Shown: positions 27,638 to 43,000, counted from the first letter of the whole stretch. The stretch: DNA of 62,832 nt, filler included, from Collodictyon triciliatum (GCA_043381765.1; 5 parts of 5 records of this genome joined end to end with filler, not necessarily neighbours in it), one strand, 5' to 3'. Made by a program: numbers and translations. Notes: generated from the letters alone by a model not told the origin.

Positions 27638-30010
27638 CTATGCAGAATGGTCCCAGGTATCCGCGACAGAGCAGAGTTTTCGGTTGGCCCGCGATTGTTC
27701 CTTGCAAAACTGAACGATATCCTGCACGAGAATGTTGGCCGTCGTGTGTTGGATGTGACTCAACCGCTCATCAAATGTTGAAAGCTGAGACGAGTGATTC
27801 GGGTGTGATGGAATGGGCGGACTCTGATTCGATTGTAATTCGAGCTCATCATCAGCAAGGGAAACGTCAGCGGAAAACTCTTTTTGAAAGAGATATTTGC
27901 ATATCTGCGTTTTGATAATAGTTTAGGAATAGATTCAGTACCAGATGATGAACTGTTTCCTACTGGTTTTCTTCTGTCTTATTTGAAGATATTTCAATAC
28001 GGATTATTTGGTAGGAATTGGTTTTTGAAAAAGAAAAAAAGGAAAAACAACTTCGTGTCGCGAGAACAAAAAAGGAAAAAAATTATATTTTGCTGTATTC
28101 AAGTCATAATGTTTGAGGTTAAAAAAAAAGATAAATACATTTAACAGTTCAATCAACTGGGGAGTTGAATGCTTCCTCCTTCTTAATCCAATAAGATTCA
28201 AACCCTATATACCGAGAATGCATAATCTTAGGAGCCATTTTATCATACTCTGAAGGCATTTCCAAGTCGAAATAACTGTACCTAAGAATTGTATTTTCTT
28301 GGCGATTTTGTTTGTTTCATTATGTCATACATGTAACCGTGCGCGATTTCCTTTTACTAGTCCGTATGGAATCACATCTCCGACAATTCCTGACATGCCA
28401 CCAACCATGGCAAGTTTACCTTGTAAAGCATTATTGCAATCATATTATCAAGTATCGTAATTGTGTGCTCCTTTTAAAAAAAATAATTGGAGGAACACGA
28501 TTTCAGTATTATATATTACCGATTCGCGTGTGTTGATGAATACCACAATGGCCACCAATAATCGCCTGGTCATCAATTGTAACATGCCCAGCCAGGTGAG
28601 TATTATTGGATAGTATAACCTATAGAATAATGAATGCAACATCAATCAAGTGTACGTTCATTCCAAAAAAAGCCTAGTTTGGTTGTCCAAATATCATACT
28701 GACGAAATAATTATTTGAAGATGTGCATACTGAAATAGCAAACATATAAAGACCATGAGGAGACATGTAGTAAAATACTTGATTTCCTATCCTACAGTCG
28801 TGAGCTATGTGAACGCCTGTCATCATCAGAACTTGATTTCCAATCGTAGTTACTCCACCCCCGCCCTATATATGAGTAACATATAGCAATAGTGAATACA
28901 ACTTTGGACGATAGATAAAAGTTATTATATTAAAAAAAATATATTAGTAAGTATCTATTTACTCTTCATTTGTAGGGTTCAAATTATAAAATCGGGCATA
29001 TCTGGGACAAATTAATCTTGAATATAATATTATTCGTAAAACTCAAAAGAAAGGAAAGAGACAAAAAGGTAAAGCACCAGTGTCCCGATGTTGACTGTCA
29101 CGTTTTCTCTTATGATACAGCTATCTCCGATTAAAAGGCGACAATCTTCACCACGGTACTTCAAGTCCTGGATGGCTGCGTATGTTATCACAAGAAGAGA
29201 GAAAAAAATCGGTGTCTGACTTTTGGGGGGAAAATAAAGACCTGCGGCGCGTTTCCAATAGAAGCAAATGGGAATATTGTCGTGTTGGAACCCACAAGAG
29301 TGCTCCCAGACACAGCCACGTGTGAATGCAGCTTTACGCCCGCCTTAAGATGAACGCCTATGCGATGTATATATAGTTCAGTATAAAATTGTGTGGATAT
29401 AGATTACGTTTTTTCTTCCTTTATTCGAATCAAAAGATATGGATTAAATCTTATTACGATTGTGAAACCACACAAAGAAGCAAGGCATCATTAGTATAGA
29501 TTATGAATAAAACAAAACACCCCGATTGTGAAGAAGGCTGTGTCGGAAAATGTGCAATTCATCAACACACATCATTCGTGCCAACTATCATTGATATTAC
29601 ACTCATCTTCCGTATAGTTTTCGAAAGAAAAGGAGAGGGACAGAGAGAGGGAGAGAAAGGCATATCGTGAAATAACAAAGCACCTTTGTTGATGACACAA
29701 AAAGGGCCTATTTGCACGTCGTTCTCTATGACTGCGTCTGGATGAATGCAGGCACTCGGGTGAATCGACGTGGACGACAAACGCAGTGAAGCTTTTGGAC
29801 ACGGTTTTAGTCGCAGGCGGCAGAAAATGTGTTAGGAAAGTATCAGATGCTGCGTTTGTGTGGACTCTGCTTTGTTTTGAGGGCCTTTTTCAGCGTGCGT
29901 AATAAATATATATATATAATTGCAAAAGCTTTACTGCCTTTCGAACTCCATGCCGATGCCAAAAGCTGCTTTCTTGGTTGCAGTAGCGTAGAGAAGCCTG
30001 ACCGAAGCAT
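27638..30010 (-). CDS. lpxA: Acyl-ACP--UDP-N-acetylglucosamine O-acyltransferase with predicted mitochondrial presequence (9 exons)
   Basis: Spliced: [133 protein letters not shown]. This is a hexapeptide beta-helix with LpxA signature motifs. Confidence 0.92.
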
Positions 30011-30743
30011 ATGCACCAATTGCTACTGTATTGGACGGCTTCTCGGTTAGATTATGTCGCTCTGTTGTGCTTTTTTTGTTTGTTTGTTTTTTGTTTGTTT
30101 TTTGTTTGTTTTTTGTTTGTTTTTTGTTTGTTTTTTGTTTGTTTTTGTTTGTTTTTTGTTTGTTTTTTGTTTGTTTTTTGTTTGTTTTTTGTTTGTTTTT
30201 TGTTTGTTTTTTGTTTGTTTTTTGTTTGTTTTTGTTTTTTGTTTGTTTGTTTTTTGTTTGTTTGTTTTTTGTTTGTTTTTTGTTTGTTTTTTGTTTGTTT
30301 TTTGTTTGTTTTTTGTTTTGTTCGACCTGAGTAAAACATGCCATAATAGTATTATATTTATGGAAAATAATAATATTTCATTTTTTAAAATTCAAATATG
30401 ATAATATTTTTGCCTTACATATTTTTGTGATACAAAATTAATTTTCTTATATGATAAATAACTTGCAACAGGACTGGTGACAGTTCGACACGCAACTCCA
30501 CGTCACAACGCGTCACCAACTCACCGCATAGCAAAACACGGATGACCCGACAACTCAGAATGACGACATCACTGCGCACCCGCACGTCACTTCCGCACAA
30601 ACACAACAGAATCCACGTTCGAGGCGTTTTACCACAGACATAATATCTTGCTTGTTTCTTTGTTCATTTGCTTTTTTTATTTTTGATTGCTTGCTTGCTT
30701 GCTTCGCTCTTTTATCGTGCAAACACTCGCTCAATGACGCTTT

Positions 30744-30883
30744 GTTTGGGATAATCCTCTGTGTTGTTTGGGTATCGACCGGCTTGTGTGGACTCGCAAG
30801 GATAAAGGTGTCGAACCGTGAGTCGGTCGGCCTTTGGATGCCTCACCCATACAAGGGCCGCGGGGATTTCCGAGCATTTTTTT
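30744..30883 (+). ncRNA. Candidate structured RNA (closing stem plus two hairpins, followed by T7)
   Basis: Manual pairing: 30744-30759 with 30862-30875; 30776-30788 with 30817-30829; 30829-30840 with 30848-30859. Many G-U pairs favour the + strand. Family not recognised. Confidence 0.35.
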
Positions 30884-31221
30884 GTGTTTTGTGTTTTATT
30901 TTATTTATTTTATTTTTCTTTTTTCTTTTTTCTTTTTTCTTTTTTCTTTTTTCTTTTTTCTTTTTTCTTTTTTCTTTTGTTTTTGTTTTTGTTTTTGTTT
31001 TGTCTTTTTGTTTTCTTTCGTTTTGTTTTGTTTTGTTTTGTTTTGTTTTGTTTTGTTTTGTTTTGTTTTGTTTTGTTTTGTTTTGTTTTGTTTTGTTTTG
31101 TTTTGTTTTGTTTTGTTTTGTTTTTCTTTTTGGGTCTCCTGTAATGGAATGATGCATAACAACATAAAACAAAAAAAAAGAAAGAAAGAAAGCAATTCAA
31201 GACCGAACCTCCTAGAAAAAA

Positions 31222-31366
31222 ATGCTGCGCTCTTCCCTCGGCAAACTCTGTCCTCCGCCACTGCGCCAGTCTTCGATCCTGACTCGAACGATGCACCAAA
31301 TCCCACCTCTGCGCTCTTCGCTGAGTAATATCTACGTTGCAGTCCCATTTATTTATTTTCTTCTTT

Positions 31367-31414
<48 letters not shown>

Positions 31415-34400
31415 NNNNNNNNNNNNNNNNNNNNNNNNNNNNNNNNNNNNNNNNNNNNNNNNNNNNNNNNNNNNNNNNNNNNNNNNNNNNNNNNNNNNNN
31501 NNNNNNNNNNNNNNNNNNNNNNNNNNNNNNNNNNNNNNNNNNNNNNNNNNNNNNNNNNNNNNNNNNNNNNNNNNNNNNNNNNNNNNNNNNNNNNNNNNNN
31601 NNNNNNNNNNNNNNNNNNNNNNNNNNNNNNNNNNNNNNNNNNNNNNNNNNNNNNNNNNNNNNNNNNNNNNNNNNNNNNNNNNNNNNNNNNNNNNNNNNNN
31701 NNNNNNNNNNNNNNNNNNNNNNNNNNNNNNNNNNNNNNNNNNNNNNNNNCTTTATTTATTTATTTATATATTTATATATTTATTTATTTATTTCTCTTTC
31801 TCTTTATTTATTTCTCTTTCTCTTTCTCTTTCTCTTTCTCTTTCTCTTTCTCTTTCTCTTTCTCTTTCTCTTTCTCTTTCTCTTTCTCTTTCTCTTTCTC
31901 TTTCTCTTTCTCTTTCTCTTTCTCTTTTTCGCGAGCCAAACAAAATCATTCTGCAACACACAACCAATCACAAGTAAAATAAAAGAGCACCATATTATGC
32001 ACTCTCTCCAGATAACAGGCCAAAGGTGATGCGAGCCGAGGACGCGGTTGATGTTATCAAAAGTGGCGACACGGTCTTTGTTCACACCGCCGCAGCCACA
32101 CCGCAGGTTCTTCTCCGCGCCATGGCCGACCGAGCACCAGAACTGAAGGACGTCCAAGTAATACTTTGTTTCTTGTCAGTTCTTGTATTTTGGTGCTCAT
32201 CTGCATAATGTCGGACACGTATTAGGAGGCATTGCCATACATCATTCGTAAGAAAGATACGATGGTGTCCTTTTCTAAGTTTCACAACACAAGATGGAGT
32301 GTTTATATATATATATATATAAAATAAAAATTGTTTCAGAAAAAATATTTACTTTTATTCAACTGAAACAGGTTTGCCACTTGCATATCGAAGGAGATGC
32401 CCCGCACGCAAAAGAGGAACTCGCTGGAAGCTTTCGTGATAACAACTTTTTCGTGGGAAAAAATCTTCGTAAAGTATGCAACATTTCAAAAACTCTTCAT
32501 TTCTCATCAAATATATTAGTATATAGTCTTTTTTTTTTATTTTGTTTGAACTCCAGCCCTTCTGCACATTTATACATCTACTGGCATTTCGTATGTATAA
32601 ATTGTTTCTCATTCAACTAGGCTGTAAATAGCGGACGAGCTGACTTCGTTCCAATTTTCTTGAGTGAAGTTCCGCGTCTGTTCTTACAAGGGGATATCCA
32701 GCTAGACGTTGCTCTTCTCTCTGGTATACATGCATAATCATAAATGTGTATAGAAAACGATATTTTTTCATGGTGAAGTTTTATATATTTTATTTCTATG
32801 CAATTAATTTGTAAATATATGTGCGATTTAAAATAAAAAACCATAGTCTAGATGATTTTTTCTCAATATTAATTTTTTTTTATCGGAACAAGTATTTCAA
32901 CTACCTCTTTATTTGATGTAGTATCACCACCCGACAAGCATGGTTATTGTTCATTGGGTACTTCGGTGGACTGCAGTGCCGCTGCCGCTGCCACAGCAAA
33001 GACTGTTGTTGCTGTTGTGAACAAATACGTTCCAAGAACGTTTGGCCGCGGAATCATCCATGTAAATTGGAAAAAAAACTGCTACTACTTTTTTTTTTGG
33101 TTGCTATTTTTTGCCAACAGTGCAATAACCCTGTCATTTCAAATAATACACTTAGATTTCCCAGTTTGATCGTATTGTTTACCACGACGAAAGACTGCCA
33201 ATCCACTCAAATAAGGAAGAAACAACAGCAACTGAAAGCATCGGCCAGGTATTCATCTTGTACATGAAATTCTTTTTTATCTTTTGAAGCTGCCTTCGTT
33301 TACAATAATCTTCAGAAGATTATCAAACCATTTATCATTACGATTACAAGATTGCTACCGGCTTATATATGGTATCATAGCATATTGCTGAACTGGTAGA
33401 AGACGGTTCTTGTCTACAAATGGGCATCGGAGGAATTCCTGATGCAACTTTGAAACATCTGGTTGACAGAAAGGATCTTGGGGTCCATACAGAGATGTTT
33501 TCTGAGGTTGGTTGGCCGACAAAAAGTCATACCGCTAATTTTCGGAAATAAATTTTCACGGTCTCACTATTATTTTCAACAACTATATGTGAATTGCTTA
33601 CTGTTCTCATTTATTTCCTTGATTGGCGGCAAGTTAATGTTTGAATGGCATGCGCTCATCATCTTTTAATTTGATGTTATAGGGTGTCATTGAACTCGTT
33701 AAGCGAGGTGTCATCAATAATTTGAAAAAGTCTGTTATGCCTGGGAAAATGGTGGCATCCTTCTTAAGTAACCGTCATTCATATTCTTTTTATGCTCTCA
33801 TTATTGTTTATAACATTTTATAATCATATTTCTTCAGTTTCTATGAATTTTTTTTACATCTATTAATATCTAAAAGAGAATATATATTGTGTTGATTGAT
33901 GGGGTTCGTACCAGCGAAAAATCTCATTATTCAAGATGCTTAACTTCCAATTCATTAATCAGTTGGTTCGCAAGAATTGTATGACTTTGTTGATGACAAT
34001 CCCATCCTTGGTAAGACTTTATTCGCGTGGTATACACACCAACCATGAATTCATACAAAGCATAAAAAATGAATGGAATAGTCTTAGGATATTGTGTAAT
34101 TTAAAACATTAAGTATTCTCATTGTTGCTGCATTTGTGTTTATATTTACATATATGTACATATACACATATACAATAGTGCACTCATAACTATTGCCATA
34201 TATTATTCTCAACCGCATAGATATGTTTGCCTCCAACTGGGTAAACGACCCTGCTGTCATCCGACAGAACGACAAGGTTGTTGCCATCAACAGTGCCATC
34301 GAAGTGGATCTAACAGGGCAAGTATGTGCTGACAGCATCGGAACACAAATTTACTCTGGCATTGGCGGCCAAGTTGACTTTGAACGAGGTGCTGCGTTGA

Positions 34401-34969
34401 GTCGGGGAGGAAAGCCCGTCATTGGTTTGTCTCTTTGAAAATCAGATACTTTATTCAATCACAAGGATAATCATCATCCTACAATCTTTCGTTCTATAAA
34501 AAAAAAATACATGTTTTATTCTTTTTGGCCTTGTGAAAGGTTGGTTTCGTTAATCTTTGCAAATATGCCTTACACACGACTTTCATTTTAAACAAACAAC
34601 AACAGCTAAAAAATAAATAAAAAAGAGTAGAACTTTAACAATATACTCTTCGCAGCTCTTCCCGCACGCACACAAAAGGGATTGCCTCGCATTGTTCCTT
34701 TCTTGAAACCGGGGGGTAAGAGATTATAATGTCCTTCTCACAAAGTTAACGTCACATTTTTCATCACAATTGATAAATAACCTTCCTATTCTGCTCCAGC
34801 TGGTGTTGTGACAAGCCGTGCGCACGTCCATTGGGTTGTAACAGAGTACGGGAAAGCCTATCTCTTTGGAAAGAATATCCGCCAGCGCGCTGAGGCTCTC
34901 ATCAACATTGCCCACCCAGAAGACCGTGATGCGCTCCGTGCATATGCAAAGACCAACCTTCATTTGTAA
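31222..34969 (+). CDS. Family I CoA-transferase (acetyl-CoA hydrolase / acetate:succinate CoA-transferase type) with predicted mitochondrial presequence
   Basis: MLRSSLGKLCPPPLRQSSILTRTMH presequence; VSPPDKHGYCSLGTSVD, LQMGIGGIPDA, DLGVHTEMFSEG (catalytic Glu), AINSAIEVDLTGQVCADSIG, SGIGGQVDF, VVTEYG, LINIAHP. Confidence 0.93.
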
Positions 34970-36551
34970 CCTCAAAGAATCCCTTGTTTTCAAGTCCAGA
35001 GACGCTTGGAATGAAATATGGATTTATCAATCTTTTTCAACAGGAGCAACTCTTGCTTCCTAACTGTCATGGAAGCGTATAAATCGAATAAACAACGGCT
35101 CATGTTTCCGGCTGGTTGTTCTTGTCCTTTTCCAAGAGTATGATTTGAAACGGATACGTTTTGAATGAAATAACTTAAAAAAAACCCCTTTTCTATTCAA
35201 TCTTTGCGTCATTTAATATTTTTCATGGCCCCTGCTCCTCTGGTATGTTAACTCTAACTCATTGTGCGAGTCATGGGTTCCCTGTTTCAGTCACCGTTCG
35301 TTTAATCAGTAGTTTCCGCTGTACCGCACTCCCATCTAATCATACAATCAACCAACTCTTTTTTTTTTTAAAAAAAAAAAAACTATTTGATATTTGTTAA
35401 AACTCGAGGCGTTCAAGTGACATATTTATTTTCTCTCAAATGTTGAATCTATAAAAGCAAAAAGAAAAAATTGGCGGGGGTTCGGTAGGTAATTTCGCAA
35501 ACTGGGGCAAAGTTGTGCTTTATCATCTTTTTTTCCGCATGTTTTTTTTTTAGATATATATGCAGTATTGGAGCACGGAATACAAAGCTAATCATGGGCT
35601 GACATATGGATTTTCCCTCTTCTACAACTTCAACCAAGGTTTTCACAAGCTTCCAGGGCACACACAGCCGCTAGATGTATTCTCTATCTGCGCCCGGTGC
35701 AATATGCTCTTAATTTTCATAAATATTGTATTATCTGTTTTTGTTTCTTGGAAGAGTTACCTATACTCACAAACAAATTCGCTATGGGGATATGTTGTTT
35801 GTTTATCTATTTTCCTATTTAACCGCTGCTTTAAATGACGGCGAGGGAAGTCAAGATAACATAGGAAAGGGAACAGTTTGCCAATACCTTTGGCAGTTAT
35901 CGAGGTCACAGGCCGCGCAGAATTGCAGATGATTTTTTTAAAACCTTTGCACTTTGTTTGCATCCTATCATTGCTTCGTGCCTTAATCACGTATGATGAC
36001 CGGATTTATTTACATGAATTCTGTTTATTAAAAAAAAAAAAAAAGGAGATGAAGGATATTGGCAGCAGATGGTGAAGTGACCAATCACAATCTTTTTATT
36101 ATTATCGCCAACAAGAACAAAAACAATGTATGAATGAATAAAAAGCCATGTAAATGCCAAATAATCATTCGCTACTCCGTCCAGTGTATTTCCCTCCAAC
36201 TAAAAACAACCTAATGGGTTTTTTTCTTACATGTCTATTCACACCCCGCTCTGTTCGCACTTCCTTTCTGCAGCCCAAAACCGACCATGTTCCTCTCGAA
36301 ACTAGAAAAGGTATGAATAAAATAGCCTTTTGCGACCATCTTATCGCTTTTCATCGCGCGTGCTCGCTGCCGCACGCAGAAGCGTGATTGTTCGATGCCG
36401 CAACCTCATTGAGTGGAAAAACGAGTCAGTCGAATATCACTGTTTGTGTTTTTGTGTTTTTGTGTTTTTGTGTTTTTGTGTTTTTGTGTTTTTGTGTTTT
36501 TGTGTTTTTTGTTTTTTTGTTTTTTTGTTTTTTTTTTGTTTTTTTTTTTTT

Positions 36552-36637
<86 letters not shown>

Positions 36638-37234
36638 NNNNNNNNNNNNNNNNNNNNNNNNNNNNNNNNNNNNNNNNNNNNNNNNNNNNNNNNNNNNNNN
36701 NNNNNNNNNNNNNNNNNNNNNNNNNNNNNNNNNNNNNNNNNNNNNNNNNNNNNNNNNNNNNNNNNNNNNNNNNNNNNNNNNNNNNNNNNNNNNNNNNNNN
36801 NNNNNNNNNNNNNNNNNNNNNNNNNNNNNNNNNNNNNNNNNNNNNNNNNNNNNNNNNNNNNNNNNNNNNNNNNNNNNNNNNNNNNNNNNNNNNNNNNNNN
36901 NNNNNNNNNNNNNNNNNNNNNNNNNNNNNNNNNNNNNNNNNNNNNNNNNNNNNNNNNNNNNNNNNNNNNNNNNNNNNNNNNNNNNNNNNNNNNNNNNNNN
37001 NNNNNNNNNNNNNNNNNNNNNNNNNNNNNNNNNNNNNNNNNNNNNNNNNNNNNNNNNNGTTTTTTTGTTTTTTTGTTTTTTTGTTTTTTTGTTTTTTTTG
37101 TTTTTGTTTTTTTTGTTTGAATCATATAATATTCAGAGGTTCTCCAAAACATCAACTTTCCAAAACTAAAATAAATATAATAAACATAAACAATGATAAA
37201 TGGTAGCTGGAGTTGTGAAAAAGGAGCTGCTGCG

Positions 37235-39272
<2,038 letters not shown>

Positions 39273-40093
39273 GGCCAAAGGAGGTACCTCACTCGAAAAA
39301 TAAAGCAAGTGCTGGGACAATATTTGCTGTCGGAGCATGTCGAAGACTCTGCCTATGGACGTTTTATTTCAGTTTTTTTTTTTTGAAAACAATTAATTTG
39401 CATTAATCATTCAGAAGCTTTGATAATAATCATAATGAGAATACTAATAAAATTCGCTGGCTTGATATGAGAAGATATTTGAAATCTTGTTTCTTGTTTC
39501 TTGCCTTGTTTTTGTTTTTTTGGTACGCATCCCGGCGATATCACCTTGTGGAGCTCTATTTCTCTCATGCATCAATTTTCTGAATGATGTTCTACTGGTT
39601 TGCATCGAAAATACCATTTTATGTATTTACTTATTTACTCATCACTTTAATTCTAATTAAACGCAAAGGATGTTCATATTTTTTTTAACCGAGTGAAAAT
39701 ATATATAAAGAGCAGCAAAAGCTACGATTTTTTAAAAGGTCGTACAATACTTTGGCAAGTTGGTTGAGTGGTCAAAATCTCTTGTTATATTGCAACATTT
39801 ATTAAACATAAGTACTGATAGGAACAAATACATATTTTATTTGGCTACCCCTTCTCTTTGCTATGCATTTCCCACTCGTTTCGATTTACGTATGCAAACG
39901 TCTGTGTTTATGTCAATATTTAAGAAAATTGTTTGTTTTTTCAGCCATGAATATTTCATCTGCTAATTTCGGAATCGCCTATTTTTTTTATTATAATATA
40001 AAGAAATATATAATAACATACAGCAACTTTAAATCAGCAAACAAAAGATAAAGAAAGAAAGAAATTTCATGGAGCTATTGGTTTATTGAATTT

Positions 40094-41811
40094 TCAAATA
40101 TCTAAATCGTCGTCGGGGTCATCATCCATTTCTCCAGAGTCTTCAGGCTCGACATAAATAAGATTTTGGCCGCCCTGTTGTAAGATACCATTAAAATAAT
40201 TACACAGCATCGAAGGATATATTATAAGCTGACAGCATTTTATTTCACATCGTTTAAATTGAAACCTGGTGTTCATATGGCAATATCGTTTGTTCCCTGG
40301 CTTTTTGTTCACTCGACGTCAACTGGTCAGTAGAGCCCTTCTCAAAAGCAAAGAATGTCAAATAATGTGCAGAAGCGAATATCACTTTATCAAAAGACGA
40401 TTCGATAAAATATGAAATGCTGTTAATAAAAATGAAACAAAGAAAAGAAGTAAAAGGGAGAAACCAATCAACTATACAATCATAATGTATTAAAAAAAAA
40501 CCTTCTGCTCCACTGGCAGCGTTTTCTTCCTTTCTTTTTTCGTGACAGAAACTTTTCCTTTCTCGTTCACGATGCATTCCTCGATCTAATAATTATATAT
40601 CAAGCAATACAATAGAGATTAGTCAGAAAAAATAGCTTTTCAAAGTAAAGCACTTTCATACATCTTACATAAAGGTAATACTCATGAAAATCTACAAGAA
40701 AACAACAAGTTTATGCCAAATCGAAACAAATAAAGGCAGTATATCCCTTCATATTTGATTTGATCAAATCAGTGCTTAACTCCAAGCAATTGATTGAATT
40801 ACGTACCAGCCGTAGAGCTTTTGACGAGTTTTTAAGCTGTAATATTTCACAATGGAAATTGGGGCTGGATGGACCATCGTGGCTAGGCTGGATTGAAATA
40901 GCGTAGTTGACCACCTTTTCGATCGACTCGTTGATTCCAGATTGCGACGGATGGTCCAGATGCATGAATATGCCAACAGCTTGTCGTTTCAATTCGATTT
41001 ATGATTAGGGTAGTGTATTTATATTTGGAAATAGTTTGGATAAAAATTACGAATAAAGGGCAGTATTTTCCCTAAAAATCGAACGAATGTTGATAGCCCT
41101 TTATTCATAATCAATTCGCTCGTTGAATCAAATACCGTTAAGGTGTCACGAGTCCCTAGATAGTATGTTTGATATTATTTTTCCCCCTTTTTCTTTCAAA
41201 GTGTGTGGGAAAAAAAAAGAAAGTTAATTCAAATTAATCTATTCCCTAAAATTGACCAGCATGGAAAATATTATGATTGAGGGCTTAGTCATAGCATCAA
41301 ACAAATAGATGGTTAGAGAAATAAGAAATTGTGAATTATGAGAACCTTCAGAGTGCGCTTTGATCTTTTTGGTAAGCAGGTCTAATGTTTCATCAACCGA
41401 AATGAATTCGTATGAACCTATCGTTTTCTTCATATATATCGAGGGCCATGCGTGTGTTTGTAAATATTTTAGTCAAATTTACATCTATTAGAATTTATCG
41501 ACCACATTCTTGTTGAGAAACTTTGAAGTTATTACATAGTTTTCATTCAAGTATTCTTTGTCAGCTTCCAATGAGAACGAATCGAGCACATGTATCTTTT
41601 TTCTCTGAAACAGATAGAAGCTATATTAGTTAATTGATAGATATGTTATTGTATCCCTAGTAATTAAATAGACTGTGTGAACGACTTAAAAAAGAAGTAA
41701 GTTTAGTATAATGTCAACACCTGCTCAGGCGTCACTGAAGATTTAGCTCCCAGAAAAGAGTCAGAAAGCCATTCAGCAATGTTCGATGAAAAAGAAACAA
41801 AAACTATCTTT
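40094..41811 (-). CDS. ELP5: Elongator complex protein 5-like, 5' end lost at scaffold edge
   Basis: RecA-like strand TVFDSTSELI and the characteristic C-terminus LTSSEQKAREQTILPY...IYVEPEDSGEMDDDPDDDLDI*. Confidence 0.72.
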
Positions 41812-41989
41812 CTATGGGAATAGTTCCCCCAAAAAAAAATACACTGGTGTAAGCATTTTTGAAAGGTAATTTCAATAAAAAAAATACCATTTGACATACA
41901 TACATACATACATACATACATACATACATACATACATACATACATACATACATACATACATACATACATACATACATACATACATACAT

Positions 41990-42089
41990 NNNNNNNNNNN
42001 NNNNNNNNNNNNNNNNNNNNNNNNNNNNNNNNNTTAATTAATTAANNNNNNNNNNNNNNNNNNNNNNNNNNNNNNNNNNNNNNNNNNNN
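41990..42089. other. Artificial scaffold spacer
   Basis: N44-TTAATTAATTAA-N44. Confidence 0.97.
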
Positions 42090-42559
42090 TGACCCAATCC
42101 AGGCGATATTTGGCCCTCTGCAACAGCTGCGTCCAGAGGCAAAAACATTATGGGCAGTGACGCGAGGCCATTTGCTATGGACTATGTGGATAGCGCGCAT
42201 ATACCCACGCAAAGCAAGACTCAATAATCAGCCACCCATTCCTGATAGCAGGCTGGATGACATCATACAAATCTCTTTCCTCAATAGCTTTCTTCGCCAC
42301 CTGCACGTCCTCTACTACTCAGACCCCGTGAGAAGAGACATGTGGAAAGAGGCTGAGAAGGAGATTAAACCTCGCCTTGTATCTCTCATGCAAGCACAAG
42401 ACCCAGGCTACATGCCAAACCGCAGGATGCAATTCCTGATTACCGACTACTTCTCCGCCACCCGGCCACCAAGTGGCGCCCATGCAAACAATGGCCAGCG
42501 AACTAAAGCCAGCATCTCCACCATCCTGCACAAAATTGAAGGGAAGAATAAAAAAAAAA
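42090..42559 (+). mobile_element. 3' end of a non-LTR retrotransposon ORF2 with poly(A) tail
   Basis: Intronless open frame from the scaffold edge with LLWTMWIAR (similar to the LWxIWxxRN motif of L1/Tx1-type ORF2), running into A10 at 42550-42559. Confidence 0.6.
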
Positions 42560-42564
42560 TAATT

Positions 42565-43000
42565 TAAAATTGTCGTTTGATTGCAGGCCATTCCGCCTCG
42601 ATGGGCGCATCACCCAGGGTGTTGAAGTGAGCCCTGAGCTTGTTTTGTATGTCTTGTATCGACTTGGAGTCATTGTATGCCCTCCAGTCTATATACCTCG
42701 CCTGTCATTCACAGCCACCGGCCGAATCGATGTGAGCCAGGATAGCACTGTGGTCGGACAGCGCAGAGTAGACTGTTTTAAGATTCTTGAACCGTGGATG
42801 CAAGACCCTTGTGCAGAGGAAGCGGTCGATTCTGCTCCACGTGAAGCCGCTTCTTGTATGTCTACTACACGTTGCTCCTCGAGAGTGAGGATTGAGCGCC
42901 TCCCAAGGGTCTTGCAGCTTGTGCCTGATTGTCGTGTCGACGATTCACAAAGCGCTGGCGCAGAAAGGCGGATGTCGAGGGTGTTTGCATACGGCCATTC
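42565..43000 (-). mobile_element. Degenerate LINE apurinic/apyrimidinic endonuclease (APE) domain fragment
   Basis: Minus frame not shown in the ORF track: [56 protein letters not shown]. It carries the LxDxW, SRIDR and SDH motifs and two TGA stops. Confidence 0.85.

Noticed and set aside
30800-30830. tRNA on the minus strand around GGTTCGACACC
   Set aside because: No 5-bp T-stem or cloverleaf can be formed.
29931-31348. Long K/Q/T/N- or F/C/V/L-rich ORFs in the track (also 19834-20183, 21984-22543, 36330-37284, 37909-38258, 44145-44544)
   Set aside because: These are translations of microsatellites, poly-T tracts or N gaps.
35000-36440. Possible small gene or ncRNA between the CoA-transferase and the methyltransferase
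   Set aside because: I could not build a consistent exon chain or a convincing fold.
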